Made by a program: the position numbers and the translations under genes. 64,000 nucleotides of DNA from Octopus vulgaris (taxonomy: Eukaryota): contig OX597829.1 of assembly GCA_951406725.2 (NCBI GenBank), positions 54,002,001 to 54,066,000 on the forward strand, written 5' to 3'. A model generated the notes under the pieces. It was given only the letters and a program-made list of their open reading frames with translations. It was not told where the DNA came from and made no database searches. This document shows, in pieces, positions 38,531 to 51,756 of this stretch (positions are counted from its first letter, which is position 1; every line of letters starts with the position of its first letter).

Positions 38531-40253
38531 ATGTTGAGGGTTTGGTGAAAAGCTGTGTAGTGTTCTTGAGATGTGGATTACCAGTGTAATGCAAGGGTAT
38601 TTTGGTTGACAGGAAAATCTTTGTGAAGTCCAAATACAAAAATATTTTTTTCTTGTTAACAATACAAGGATCTTTGTGGTTTTGTCACTGTCCACAATTT
38701 TGCTCAAATTGTTTTCAAATTTGGTGTATGGATTAAGTTTTGTATACTAATTATGAAAATGAAATTCATTTCCCATAAAAATCCATAATTAAAAAGTTAT
38801 TAGCCTTTAAAATTTGAGTACTTTAAGCCAAACAGAAGTGCGTATTTTACACATCACCATGGTGAAGAACTCTGTTTCCATAGTAACCAAAGTAAAGAAG
38901 CATCACATGTTCTATAATTGTTTATTTTCATAACAGAAGGAATTCAATTCTAGAATGATATAGAGATTTTAGAACAGTGACAAAATGGCCACAACTTTCA
39001 TTCTTGAATTTTTTTAAACTAATAAATGTCTATTTTAACCAATGTTTTGACTGTTATATCTAGCAACTCCTGTTGGTTTGTTCGTAGCTTTTAAATATTT
39101 AATTTGTTCATGAATGTTTTCATGTTTTTCAATGTTTTACTGTAGCTAGTTTAATGTTTTGACATGCCGGTGTCCCCTTCCACCTCTGATGATGAAAGAG
39201 ACAGCAAATGTGGTTTTCTGATTGGCTGAAAATTCTGAAAATTACCAAACTTTGAATACCTGTAAAATTTTTGCAAAATTTTTCTGGAATAATTGAATAA
39301 CAAATTCAGATTCGGTGTCAAAAATTACATCTATGTAATACTTTAAAAATTTTCTTTAAAGATTTCAACATGCATTGACGAAAACCACAAAGAACCCAAA
39401 ACAACACTGTTGTTGTTACAAATGACAGAAAAGAGATTAATACCAAGTGAAACAGTTCATGTGAGATGTGTGTTATGTAATGGTAGTAGCTGTAAATTCT
39501 TGCAGCAAGTTAACTTTAGATGTCTCACAACCACTGGTCTCTTACCAGACAAATCACTTGTTTATAGCCAATGGCTTGCTAAAAAAAAACAAGCACCAAA
39601 GACAGAATCGTAAATGAGATTCTCATATGTTGTTTATTCAAAAATGTTTACTACACTGAAATTCTAATGTGTTTTTTTTTCCCTATCTACTAAAAAAATG
39701 CATTCTAAATGTTTCGAGATCTGAATGGTAAGTCACTTGAAAGAAAATTATGTTTGATGTTTTAAGTCTATTTACATCTAAACAGTGATTTTCAATTCAA
39801 TTCCTATGAAATGAGTTGGTGTTTGGAATTCTGTGAATATTTGTTACAAACACATATATTCTAAAAGAAAAACTATGGAGAATATATGTGTGTGTATGTG
39901 TAAAAGAATTAAATGCCAAACATTTAGAAAGAAGTATTCATGTTGTGTATAAACACCTTTGTTATTCAGCTTTCCAAACACACATGTTCTGGACTGTTGC
40001 ATATAGAGAAATGAGATGGTTGGATTATATCCATTGTCTCAGGTGGTCACATTTGGGAGTCCAGCTGGATAGTGTAATGACAGTCACTTCTGATAGGACT
40101 TTATGGAGGACTCTCTTAGGGTTATATAGAAGATGGACGGATGTATTGCATAGTTAGTGAATGTAAGGATTGTAGAAATCTACATGAATTCCATGTAGAA
40201 ACCTGGCCAACAGAATGTCAAAGGAGGAAAATCAGAATCCATAATAATTTGTG

Positions 40254-40560
40254 GAGGCGCAATGGCCTAGTGGATAGGGCAGCAGACTCGTAGTCAGAGG
40301 ACCGTGGTTTCGATTCCTAGACCAGGCATTGTGTGTGTTTATTGAGCGAAAGCACCTAAAGCTCCATGAGGCTCCGGCAAGGGGTGGTGGCAACCCCTGT
40401 TGTACTCTTTCACCCCAACCTTCTCTCACTCTTTCTTCCTGTTTCTTGAGTAATGCTGCAATGGACTGGTGTCCTGTCCAGCTGGGGGGAACACATACGC
40501 CATAGAAACTGGGAAACCGGGCCCATGAACCTGCCTAGGCTTGAAAAGGGCCCATAAAAA
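40254..40560 (+). mobile_element. tRNA-derived SINE with Meta/V-like central domain
   Basis: A box TGGCCTAGTGG, B box GGTTTCGATTCC, then CTGCAATGGACTGGTGTCCTGTCCAG...AGAAACTGGG and an A-rich tail. Truncated sister copy at 43632-43790. Confidence 0.7.
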
Positions 40561-41408
40561 AATATAATTTTTATTTAATCTCTAGGAAATTCACCACTCA
40601 GTTTATTTGTATATTTATCAGAGAGTATAAAGGTAAAGAGATGAAGGAATGAAGATGGTGGTATGACATCAACTTTATTAAAGGCTACAATTATTTCAAT
40701 AGTTTGTGAAACCATTTCATCGACTGACACATTGCTTTGTACTAATAAATATTGTGTAAATCATCATCTTCATCAATTAATGTCTGCTTTCGATGCTGGC
40801 ATGGGTTGGATGGTTTGACTGAAAACTAGTAAGTCTGATTTGGCAAGGTTTCTACAGCTGGATGCCCTTCCTAACACCAACCACTCCAGGAGAGTAGTAG
40901 GTGCTTTTTATGTGCCACCAGCACGGGTGCCATTGATGTGACACTGGCATCAGTCACAACTGCAATTTCACTTGGTTTGACAGGTCTACACAAGGATAGT
41001 ATATCACCAAGTGTCTCAGCTGTCATTATCTCTGTGAGGCCCAACACTCAAACGGTACTTTTTACATGCCACCAGCATGGATGCCAGTCAGATAGCTCTG
41101 GCATTGGCCACAACTACGACTTCACTTGGCTTAACAGGTCTTCTCAAGCATAGCATATCACCCAATATTTGAAGGGTGCTTTTTACGTGCCCGTTATGCA
41201 ACACTGGCATTGGCCACAACTACAATCTCACTTATCAGCAAGATCTAAAGACCTGTGTAAATCTATACAACAATTAATTAATTAATTAATTAATTAAGTT
41301 ACTTCCAGGAGATATATTGAGGGATATTATGTTGCAGGATATCAGATTAGAAATTAAATGTCAAACATTCACTCCATGAATGTTTGAATAGATATCTCAG
41401 TATATTTC

Positions 41409-42173
41409 CATTTGATGTAGTTTAAACCTGCTTGTACCACTGTCCTGACATGTCAAGGGTCTGTCAGCGATGGAGAGAAAGGGATTTACTAGATACCCCA
41501 GAATTTCAAAGGGATGGCAGTTTATTACTACAATCTCAGAAATATCAGTAAAGAGAGAAATTGTAGAATAAAGATTTGTTTAGAGATGAGATTTGAAATA
41601 AAATAAAGAAGAGTAGGCAGGTGTGGGTTTGTTAGAATGGAAGCATGGAAGAAATTAATGCCCACCTTGGTAATCAGGTCAAGATAATATTAGGTCCACT
41701 ACAAATAAATTAGATACATTTTAGTTAAGAAAGGAGTGATTGGTAAGTTACACAAGAAATAATTAAGTCAGGTGTGAGAGAATTAATAGGGTAAGAACAC
41801 AGCCATGAATATAGTTGAATCAATATAAGTTGGTTAGCATTTATCTTTTACTTGTTTTAGTCATTAGACTGTCCCCATGCTGGGGCACCGCCTTGAATTT
41901 TTAGTCAGATGAATCAACCCCAGGACTTATTTTTTAAACCTGGTACTTATTCTATCAGTCTCTTTTGCCAAACACACCAACACCAGTTGTCAAGAGGTGG
42001 CGGGGGGGATATATAGAGACACAGGTATATACTGATACTTCTAAGATTGTAGTAAATAGACTGCCATCCCTTTGAAATATTGTTGTATCTAGTAAATTTC
42101 TTTCTCTCCATCACTAACAACCTCTTGACATGTCAGGGCAGTGGAACAGGCAGGGTTAGACTACATCAAATCA
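41409..42173. repeat. ~140-bp diverged inverted repeat pair (41409-41549 / 42029-42173)
   Basis: For example AAAGGGATGGCAGT vs ACTGCCATCCCTTT, and CCTGACATGTCAAG vs CTTGACATGTCAGG. Confidence 0.8.
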
Positions 42174-42744
42174 TCATCATCATCATCGTTTAACGTCCGT
42201 TCTCCATGCTAGCATGGGTTGGACGGTTCGACCGGGGATCTGGGAAGCCAGAAGGCTGCACCAGGCTCCAGTCTTATCTGGCAGTGTTTCTACAGCTGGA
42301 TGCCCTTCCTAACGCCAACCACTCCGTGAGTGTAGTGGGTGCTTTTTACGTGCCACTGGCACAGGGGCCAGACATCTCAATATCTCAAAGGCTGTCAGGC
42401 GAGGCTGGCAACGGCCACGGTCGGATTGGTGTATTTTATGTGCACGGAAGCCAGACGAGGCGGTGCTGGCATCGGCCATGAGTCGGATGGTGCTTTTTAC
42501 GTACCACCAGACCAGGGATCCTGGCTGGTTCAATTCGATTTCGATTTCGCTTGCCCCAACATGTCTTCGCAAGCAAGGGGGTTGGCATGGGTGTCTGTTG
42601 TACGGTCAGATTGGTGTATTTTACGTGCCACCGGCACGGAAGCCAGTGGAGGCGGCGCTGGCATCGGCCACGAGTCGGATAGTGCTTTTTACGTACCACC
42701 AGACCAGGGAACCTGGCTGGTTCAATTCGATTTCGCTTGCCCGG

Positions 42745-42779
<35 letters not shown>

Positions 42780-43072
42780 AGCGTGGCCGTTCGCCAGCCT
42801 CGTCTGGCACCTGTGTCGGTGGCACGTAACAAACACCATCCGATCGTGGCCGTCTGCCAGCCTCGTCTGGCACCTGTATCGGTCGGTGGCACATAAAATC
42901 ACCCACTACACTCTCGGAGTGGTTGGCGTTAGGAAGGGCATCCAGCTGTAGAAACACTGCCAGATCTGACTGGCCTGGTGCAGCCTTCGGGCTCCCAAGA
43001 CCCCAGTTGAACCATCCAACCCATGCTAGCATGGAAAGCGGATGTTAAATGATGATGATGATGATGATGATG
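42172..43072. mobile_element. Head-to-head pair of RTE-type 3'-end repeats with an internal ~195-bp tandem duplication
   Basis: CAT-tailed copy 42172-42365 and GAT-tailed copy 42885-43072 are reverse complements. 42416-42553 is repeated at 42603-42741. Confidence 0.8.
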
Positions 43073-44865
43073 ATATATATGACAGGCTTCTTTCAGTTTC
43101 TGTCTACCAAATCCACTCACAAGGCTTTGGTTGGCCTAAGGCTATAGTTGAAGACACTTGTCCAAGGTGCCATACAGTGGGACTGAACCTGAAACCACGG
43201 GAAGTAAGCTTCTTACCACACAACCACATCTGCGCCTATGTGGAATTTTTATGTGAAAATTTTTAGAAGGCTTTATTAAATAAGTGACAGCAACAGATTA
43301 AAAACAAATTATAATGATTAATTAAATTAGACCTACATTTAAGAATTTCCAACATCTCTATAGAGCACAAATTATGGATACTGCCACCCTCTCTGTATGG
43401 ATGAATGCTACCTATAAATGACCAAAAAATTGAGTTGTTGATATCTTCTTGTGGTCCCAAATGAACTCAGCCAATAAAGTGCATTGTTCTTTTCTTTTGT
43501 ATTTAAAAAGGTGAATATCATCATCATCATTGACTAACATCCACCTTCCATGTTTGCATGGGTGGGACAGTTTCACAAGAGCTGGCCAGGCCAAAGCCTG
43601 CACCAAACTGTTTTGGCAGTACATTTATACATTGGCCTAGTGGTTAGGGCAGCGGACTTGCGGTCGGAGGATCGCGGTTTCGATTCCCAGACCGGGCGTT
43701 GTGTGTGTTTATTGAGCGAAAAACACCTAAAAGCTCCACGAGGCTCCGGCAGGAGGTGGTGATCCCTGCTGTACTCTTTCACCACTCTAAAAGGCGGTGC
43801 TCCAGCATGGCCGCATTCAAATGACTGAAACAATTACAAAAAAAAAAAAAAAAAAAAAAATTAAATTTTAACAGTACATTTATGCATTAAATCATCCATC
43901 AAACATTGGTTATTTAAAGGGCATTTCTGATGGTTCTTACAGCTGCACATACTATTAAGTTTGTTGTCATGACTTTATTTTATTAGTGTAAGTTTACTAT
44001 GAAGAGATATTGCATTACCATCATTATCATTTTTTATATTTTTATATTGTAGATGACTTGGATTTATTTACTCCTTGAATAATTAAAAGTACATTTGATA
44101 TTCCTAATGGTATTTTATTTCTTACTGTTGATTTCAGCCATGTTAACCTCTAGACTAGATGTAGCGGGATACACAAATTTCATGGTATATCTATTGTATA
44201 TCTCATTATATCTGTTATTATAAAAGAATGCTTTTCTAATGCTCTAAAGAAAATTCCTGGAATATTTATAGCTACCCAAATTCTATAAAGGGTTTTAAAC
44301 CATGTGATATTTCTATTGGTTTGCTGTTATTTATACTAGTTTGATTGGTTTTACATACATTGGTTCCCTTAGAGTTATGGGATGTGCAACCATTATTTCC
44401 AGGGTTAAATTTGTTATTATATTTGGTCTGCTTACTAATACCTACTAATTTATCATCTCATAAATTCGGGATTTTGATGATGCAATTGTTTATTTTTGGA
44501 ATGACATCGTATGGTAGGTGTAAGCAGCTGGATTTAACTGGTTTTGACATAAGACAAGTGAAATATTTGGGTTTGATGTGACTGGCTTAAATGCTGCGGC
44601 AATAAACTAGAAACAAAATCAGGAATCCATGAAAAATGATAAAAAAATTTAAAGTGTTTTTGCTTAAAAGCTGCAACAGGAAAATAACAGTAACTCATTA
44701 CTTTTAAGACCAATAATAGTGAGTGTGCTACTTGAGTGGTGAGGCAGATGTAACTGCTTTCTATTATTGAGAAACATCCTCTAACTCAATCACTACTTTG
44801 AATTAAATTGTTATTTGTATATTTTTAAGCAGTTTAGTTAATGTTTTTCAAACATTTTCTTACAG

Positions 44866-44957
44866 ATTGCTAACATTTTGAGAAACTACGGACTTGATGA
44901 TGAAATAATAGGAATCTGTATGCATACAAATGAAACTACACCAGCTATTTTACTTGG
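44866..44957 (+). CDS. AASDH: AASDH coding exon 2
   Basis: ttttcttacag|IANILRNYGLDDEIIGICMHTNETTPAILL(G)|gtatgc, phase 0/2. Corresponds to EIGLYC...LPSWILG. Confidence 0.85.
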
Positions 44958-44994
44958 GTATGCTATGATTACTTTCATTTTTACTTGGGTACTC

Positions 44995-45199
44995 CTTTAC
45001 TTTTTTCAGCCATTTGACTGTGGCCATGCTGGAGCACCACCTTTTAGTCGAGCAAATCGACCCCAGGTCTTATTTTTTGTAAGCCTATTACTTATTCTAT
45101 CAGTCTCTTTTGCCGAACCACTAAGTTATGGGGGATGTAAACACCAGAATCGGTAGTCAAGCAATGTTGGGGGACAAAACACAGACACACATATACACG

Positions 45200-45232
<33 letters not shown>

Positions 45233-45410
45233 GATGGCTTCTTACATATATATGATGGCTTCTTTCAGTTTCCGTCTACCAAATCCACTCGCAAGGCTTT
45301 GATCGGCCTGAGGCTATAGTAGAAGACACTTGCCCAAGGTGCCACGCAGTGGGACAGAACCCAGAACCATGTGGTTCGTAAGCAAGCTACTTACCACACA
45401 GCCACTCCTA
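44995..45410 (-). mobile_element. Full-length tRNA-derived SINE (OR-like)
   Basis: Reverse complement of the GGAGTGGCTGTGTGGTAAGTAGCTTGCTT...GGCACCTTGGGCAAGT...CAGCATGGCCACAGTCAAATGGCTGAAA family. Confidence 0.85.
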
Positions 45411-45999
45411 ACTTTATAACTTGGGTAGTTATTTACTTCAACTTAATTATATTATGGCTGTTATTACTTTTTAAAAAGCTGTTTCCTAGATATAAATCTC
45501 CTACAAGAAGACCCTACTCTACTCCATCCTCTTCTTTCATACCTTAATCTTCATCTGCTAGTATGAATCCCATCTCCTTGGGTTTTATAGTTTTGTAAGC
45601 TGCATGATGACCTCACTAATGCTGATTGTGCAAGAAAAGCACCCAGTGGAGACTGTCAAGTGGTTAGCATTAGGAAAGGCATTCAGCTGTAGAAACCAAA
45701 CCAAGGCTGACAGTAGAGTGCAATGCAGTCCTTGGACCCATTAGATTCCGTGGTTGTGTGACTTTAAATGATGATGTCTAATTAATGTATTGAGTATCTT
45801 TCTAAACATGAATGAGTTATTTGAACAGGCAATATACAACCCCTAAACATTAACCATCTCTCATGTAGCCATGGTTTCAATTATCCAAAGCCCATATGAC
45901 TGTTTATTGTAAAGTAAGAGATAGATTTTCCTATTTGCTTTAAAGTTTGTTTTTGTTTTAAAGCATAATAGGTGTCTTACTTGGATTTTTATAAAGTTT

Positions 46000-46460
46000 T
46001 ATGGTGTGGTTATGCGATAAGAAATTTGCTTGCCAACCACATAGTTCTGGGTTCAGTCTCACTTTGTGACATCTTGGACAAGAGTCCTCTACAAAAGCCT
46101 TGTGAATGGATTTGGTAGATGGAAACTGAGAGAAGCCCATCATATATAAGTGTGTGTGTTTGTAGTTGTCTCCCACCACTACTTGACAACCAATGTTGGT
46201 TTGTTTACATCCTTGTAACTTATTAGTTTGGCATAAGAGACAGATAGAATACACATCAGGCTGAAAAATAAGTACTGGAGTTGACTTTTTTTATTAAACC
46301 CCTTCGAGGTGGTGCTCCAGCATGGCCACAGTCCACTGACTGAAACAAGTAAAAGATAATAGATATACTGGGATTGATTTGTTCAACTAAAACCCTTCAA
46401 GGTGGTGCCCCAGCATGGCCACAGTCCAATGACTGAAACAAGTAAAAGATAAAAGATAGC
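46000..46460 (+). mobile_element. tRNA-derived SINE (OR-like) with duplicated 3' tail
   Basis: Family motifs are present. The AAACCCTTC.AGGTGGTG..CCAGCATGGCCACAGTCCA.TGACTGAAACAAGTAAAAGATA tail occurs twice. Confidence 0.75.
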
Positions 46461-46851
46461 AAGTGACAACTTAGCTCTATTAAATGTCTTTAGTATGTAA
46501 CATTAAAGTTTTTGCCAAAGTGAAGCAATTAGGAAACTTATATTTCATTTTCCTCTTTCTCTTTTTTTTTTAATTGTCAGTGTTGTATTAGAAAAAGGAA
46601 TTAGTCTCAAATTTTAATATTTGAGTTTATATCTGAAGAAAAGAAAAAAACTGTCCCACACAGGGGCAGTTTGTTATTTGACCTCCTTGAGAAATGTCAA
46701 CAAATTAAACAAAATTTTGCTTCACAGTTTTTTTGAATCTTAGAATGTTCCGTTGTAAATTGTATTTCGCATAATCTGCCAGTATCAGTTGATTTTGATT
46801 CTCCCATCTTTTGCCAATGTATGAATCTATCTCTTTCACTATGTGTTTCAG

Positions 46852-46969
46852 AATACTCCAGGTTCCAGCTGCATTTTACTTCTTTGAACCTGGTGCCGAG
46901 AAGTTTATTCTGAAGTCTTTGAAGTCACTTAATGCCGCTGTTGTTGTTGTTGACATTTCTTATTTGAAG
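46852..46969 (+). CDS. AASDH: AASDH coding exon 3
   Basis: tgtttcag|ILQVPAAFYFFEP...VVVDISYLK|gtttgt, phase 2/0. ILQVPAA is characteristic of AASDH. An alternative in-frame donor exists at 46996. Confidence 0.9.
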
Positions 46970-47460
46970 GTTTGTATATTTTCTAAATCTAAACAGGTAG
47001 CAATTACCATATCAAGATTGCAAAAATATAATTTCAAGCATGGCCATCACCTTGTTGGAATTAAATGTTTTGTTCTACCTTCACATTTAAAATATTTGAT
47101 TGTTAACGAGCATCACTTTCAGCTTTATTTTTCATTATACTATACTATATTAGTATTGTTATTTTTTTCTATAAGCTAAAATATATTTTCATAGATAAAA
47201 TAAATATTTCTATCTATTTATTCTATTTTTATTTACACCACGTTTTTAACGAGATAAATTTATTATAAACACTAAGTCCTATGTATTAAGTTTAAAGATT
47301 TAACAGAATATATTCAATAAGATGTCGTGTTTTTATTTTAAGATATACTGTTGAATTTTGTTCGATTTATTAATGTAAAATTATGTATTTTTATATATAT
47401 TTATCTTTTCTTATAAAATAATATATGTACATTTATTTAATTATTTTATTGTTTTTATCT

Positions 47461-47543
47461 TAGACCTGATGAGTGACTATTTAAATTGAATTGATTTTAT
47501 TGTAATCAATTTGAAAATATAGCCACGAAACATGTGTAGTCTA
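47461..47543 (+). ncRNA. Type I hammerhead ribozyme with extended stem II, sense in AASDH intron 3
   Basis: Stem I TAGAC/GTCTA, core CTGATGA, stem II GTGACTAT...ATAGCCAC with inner AATTGATT/AATCAATT, GAAAC-ATGT-GTA. Predicted cleavage after 47538. Confidence 0.75.
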
Positions 47544-47734
47544 TTTACTAATTATATATTATTTATTTATTATTTCATGCTTTATTTAGTTCTAGGTAAA
47601 TGTTTTATTCTATCTTTAATTTTTTTCTATATGGTATGATTTAAGTATATCATTGTTGAATTGCTCCATGGTGGTTCTTCTCTAATTTATATACACGTAT
47701 TATATATATATAATGTGTATATATATATATTTAA

Positions 47735-47784
<50 letters not shown>

Positions 47785-47794
<10 letters not shown>

Positions 47795-48310
47795 ATTAGG
47801 AGGAGAATGCACAGAAAGTGTGAAAGCTAGAATAAGAATAGGATGGAAGAAATTCAGAGAGCTGTTACCTCTGTTGGCCACGAAAAGTTTCTCTGAGTGA
47901 AAGGAGGATTGTATGATGTATTTATACAGACAGCAATTCTACATGGTTAGTGAGACGTGGGCCCTGGATGTAGAAGAGAAGTAAAGGTTAGAATGAAATG
48001 AGGCTAGTATGCTCTGTTGGATGTGTAATGTAAGTGTACATCTGTGAGAGTGCTAGTGTTCTGAGAGAGAAGTTAGGCATAAGAAGAATTAGATACTGTG
48101 AGCAAGAGAGAAGACTGCATTGGTTTGGTCATGTGATGCAGATGGATGCTGACAGGTTCATAAAGAAATGCCAATCTCTAAAAGATGGAACAAGGGGAAG
48201 TGGGAAATCCAGGAAGACCTGGGATGAAGTACTGAAGAACGACCTCAGAACAATGAACCTTTCGGGTGAGCTGACAAAAGATTGAGATGCTTGGTGCTTT
48301 GCTGTACTCA
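47785..48310 (+). mobile_element. RTE LINE ORF C-terminal fragment
   Basis: GGECTESVKARIRIGWKKFRELLPLL...LREKLGIRRIRYCEQERRLHWFGHVMQM...GKSRKTWDEV. Confidence 0.85.
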
Positions 48311-48932
48311 AGACGACATGTACTCCACAGGAAAAGTGTTAAGGCTGGTCCTTCTGGTGGTGAAAAGCACTTGTGGCGACGCCACGTAGAAGCCCCCAGC
48401 ACACTTTGTAAAGTGGCTGATGTTAGGAAAAGAGAGAGTGGAAATCAATACTCTAAGCGAAGTGAAAGAAAATGGTTGTGAATTTCTTTGTTTTGAATTC
48501 AGTGTATATGTGCTTTTCTTCTCCCTATCCACACATGCCCACTTACACAGACCTAAATACAAAGTGATGTACTACATATATATCCCCTTCCCCATATATC
48601 TATCTGTATGATAAGTAAAAATAGCCACAGGAACTACCCAATAACCCCACAGATCCTTCTGGCTGGTGTAAATTAATAAATATCCCTTAGCTAAACATTT
48701 GATACATACAGCCAGAACACGAACAAAACTTTTCCCTGGGGAAACAAACACATGTATTAATATTCCCCTTGTAATATCCTATGAATGGGGAATACAACAA
48801 GGAAAGCATGAGGTTTGTGGAAACCCACATAAGAATGCATTAAGAGATTTATGTATTTCCATTGTATATTTTTAATTATCAGCAAAATATGTCACTGCAC
48901 AAACAATAAACGAGTTTATTTTAATTTTTCAG

Positions 48933-49141
48933 GATATAGAAAACATTTTATTTCTTTTGAATCCAGAAGTGTTGGTATTGATTCCTGAATGGCAGTTGAT
49001 TGTCATAAAACTGAATGGAGTAAATCGACAGAAGTATTCCATCCATCTTGCCTATTGTATCAGCACTTCAGGTTCTACAGGAATTCCTAAAATAGTGAGA
49101 GTTCCACATAAATCTATTGTGCCGAATGTAATTCATTTGAG
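48933..49141 (+). CDS. AASDH: AASDH coding exon 4 (A3/P-loop motif)
   Basis: tttttcag|DIENIL...LAYCISTSGSTGIPKIVRVPHKSIVPNVIHL(R)|gtaagt, phase 0/2. Confidence 0.95.
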
Positions 49142-49261
49142 GTAAGTGACTGACATATTGGTTGTTTTACTCAAATGAAGCAGACAGATTGTTTTTTAAA
49201 AACATGTTGCTTTATTTCAATGTCTTAATTATCCTTTTGTTTTTTTGAATATTAAATCTCG

Positions 49262-49480
49262 TGAAGATGGTGAACTGACAGAATTTTAAAACTTACTGAG
49301 CAAAATGTTTAGTGGTATTTTGTCTGTATTTATGTTATGAGTTCAAATTCCGCCGAGGTCAACTTTACCTCTCATCCTTTCAAGGGCGATAAAATAAGTA
49401 CCGGTTGAATACTGGGGTAAATTAAATCGACTCCCTACCTTCCCTCAACTTGCTGGGCTTGTGCCAAAAATTCGAAGTCA
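49262..49480 (+). mobile_element. Nin/Deu-domain-type SINE
   Basis: GAGTTCAAATTCCGCCGAGGTCAACTTTACCTCTCATCCTTTC..GATAAAATAAGTACC. Confidence 0.6.
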
Positions 49481-50089
49481 ATACTAAATCATGACATTTT
49501 TTCTTTTCAAGGCACTATCAAAGGGACATAACTCATAATATTATATTGACACATCCTGTTACAGTGACCTTCCTTATTTTATGACTCAGACCATAGTATG
49601 CATTCAACTAGATGGAAACTCTAAAAAGTGGGATGTTCCATGTTAGTAAAACATGTACTGCAAATATAGCAAATTTACAGAGGCTAGAAATGAATGAGAA
49701 GATCGTGTTTGAGAATATTGATTAAGGGGAGAAGGCATCACTGATTTGGATTTGTAATGTAAATTGCTTATATATTCTGGATAAAAAAGGAGTGTTAATT
49801 TATTTGGATGCTGAAATATTTGTGATGATGGTTATAGCAACAGCAGCAGCAATGGTTTAAAAGGAACTTCAATGAATAACATTTTGTTTAGAACACTGAT
49901 GAAACAGATTGCTAAAGATTTCTTTCAAAGGAAATGCATTAAGAATGGATTATTTCTAGCAAGGGAAACCTTTCTCTAGCAATGGGTTTTATGAGATATT
50001 CATGCTCTTTGTTTAACGTCTATTTTGCAATGCTAGCATGGGTTGGACAGGTTGTGAGATGCCCTTCCTGTCACCCATTTCTTAATTTC

Positions 50090-50317
50090 AGGACAGCCTT
50101 TGAGATATTGAGATGTCTGGCCCCTGTGCCAGTGGCACGTAAAAAGCACCCACTACACTCAAGGAGTGGTTGGCATTAGGAAGGGCATCCAGCCGTAGAA
50201 ACATTGCCAGATCAGACTGGGCCTGGTGCAGCCTTCTGGCTTCCCAGACCCCAGTTGAACCGTCCAACCCATGCTAGCATGGAGAACGGACGCTAAACAA
50301 TGATGATGATGATGATG
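50090..50317 (+). mobile_element. RTE-type 3'-end repeat
   Basis: Family motifs and GAT tail. Further copies at 51085-51356, 56040-56425, 61090-61340 and 63495-63942. Confidence 0.8.
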
Positions 50318-51563
50318 AAATTAAATTGCACCAATAAAATTATATTTTGTGTAGTACATTTTTTCGTTGTTTGATAAATTGAGTAATTGCCCTGCACATC
50401 AAATCTTGACTGAGAGTCAAGGAGCATGAAGGAAGGAGAAAAAGAAATAAAGATGTTTCAATTAACAGTCGGGCCTGAAGATTCTGTAACAGAATTTTAG
50501 TTAAAAGTTATGCTTATGCAATCTTGACATTATTTGTGTCATATAAACTCATAAAGTACCACCTGTAATTAGAGTGCCACTGGCTACTTAAACCTGCTTT
50601 TTTTTTTTCATTTTCTTCTTAATCATTAATGATTGATTAGCAAAATAGCTGATCACAAATTATTCATTCTTCTCATTTGATCAGGTTTGAATCAATCTTG
50701 AGTTCACAATTCAAAGCTCATCAACAACAAAATTATGGGCCAATACTCTCAATGGCAATATATTTACTCCTTATACAAGATACATAACTCTGCTTTCCTC
50801 ATTTTCATCATAAAGTCTATTAAATGTTTAAGAACAAACAAACACACAAACACAAAAGAAAGAAAACTGCATAAAAAAGAAATAAGGGAAGGAAGTTACA
50901 TTCAATTTTCTTTATTTGCAAGAATTGTCATTTCAGTATTAGATTCTATATTTCTGAATTCTGACTGTAAGTGCTAAACAAACTACTAGGATGTAACATT
51001 ATTCAATGATACCTTTTCAGTTTTGGGATGAGGATATAAAATACCATTAAAAGTTTATATTTAAATAAATACTTTAAAGCTATGATATGGCCGTTGCCAG
51101 CCTTGCCTGGCCTCCGTGCCGGTGGCACGTAAAAAGCACCATCCGTCCGTGGCCGTTTGCCAGCCCCATCTGGCATCTGTGCGGGTGGCACATAAAAGCA
51201 CCCACTACACTCTCGGAGTGGTTGGTGTTAGGAAGGGCATCCAGCCGTAGAAACACTGCCAGATCAGACTGGGCCTGGTGCAGCCTTCTGGCTTCCCAGA
51301 CCCCAGTTGAACCATCCAACCCATGCTAGCATGGAAAGCGGATGCTAAATGATGATCATGATATCTAATTGAAACTAAAATCCATCAATGTACATACACA
51401 ACACTAAACAAAACTAGATTTTTTTTTTTGCTGTGTGAACAGGACTATCTATAGCAGCTTAGAAAGTAGGAATAAAATAATGATGAAATTTATATTTGTT
51501 TGACAATGTTGTACTTGTATGTGTATTTTATTGAACCATGTTATTTTATTTCTAACCAACCAG

Positions 51564-51756
51564 GAAACTGTTTAATATCACTTCCAATGATTTGCTATTT
51601 TTGGCTGCTCCTCTGACATTCGACCCAAGCATCATTGATATCTTTACGTCTTTAAGTTGTGGAGCAAGATTATTAATAACATCAAACCAAATAAAAATCT
51701 TGCCTTGGAAACTTGCTAAAATGCTTGGAAATCACTATCATGTAACAGTTCTTCAG
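51564..51756 (+). CDS. AASDH: AASDH coding exon 5 (A4 FDPS motif)
   Basis: ctaaccaaccag|KLFNITSNDLLFLAAPLTFDPSIIDIF...HYHVTVLQ|gtatgt, phase 2/0. Confidence 0.95.

Noticed and set aside
39183-39200. CTGATGATGAAAG hammerhead-like core (also CTGATGA at about 18972, 49897 and 54851)
   Set aside because: No stem II, stem I or NUH arrangement around the motif.
42206-43120. Cluster of overlapping 90-200 aa ORFs
   Set aside because: GC-rich repeat family sequence. The same pseudo-peptides (LQLDALPNANHS) recur at every copy on the non-coding strand.
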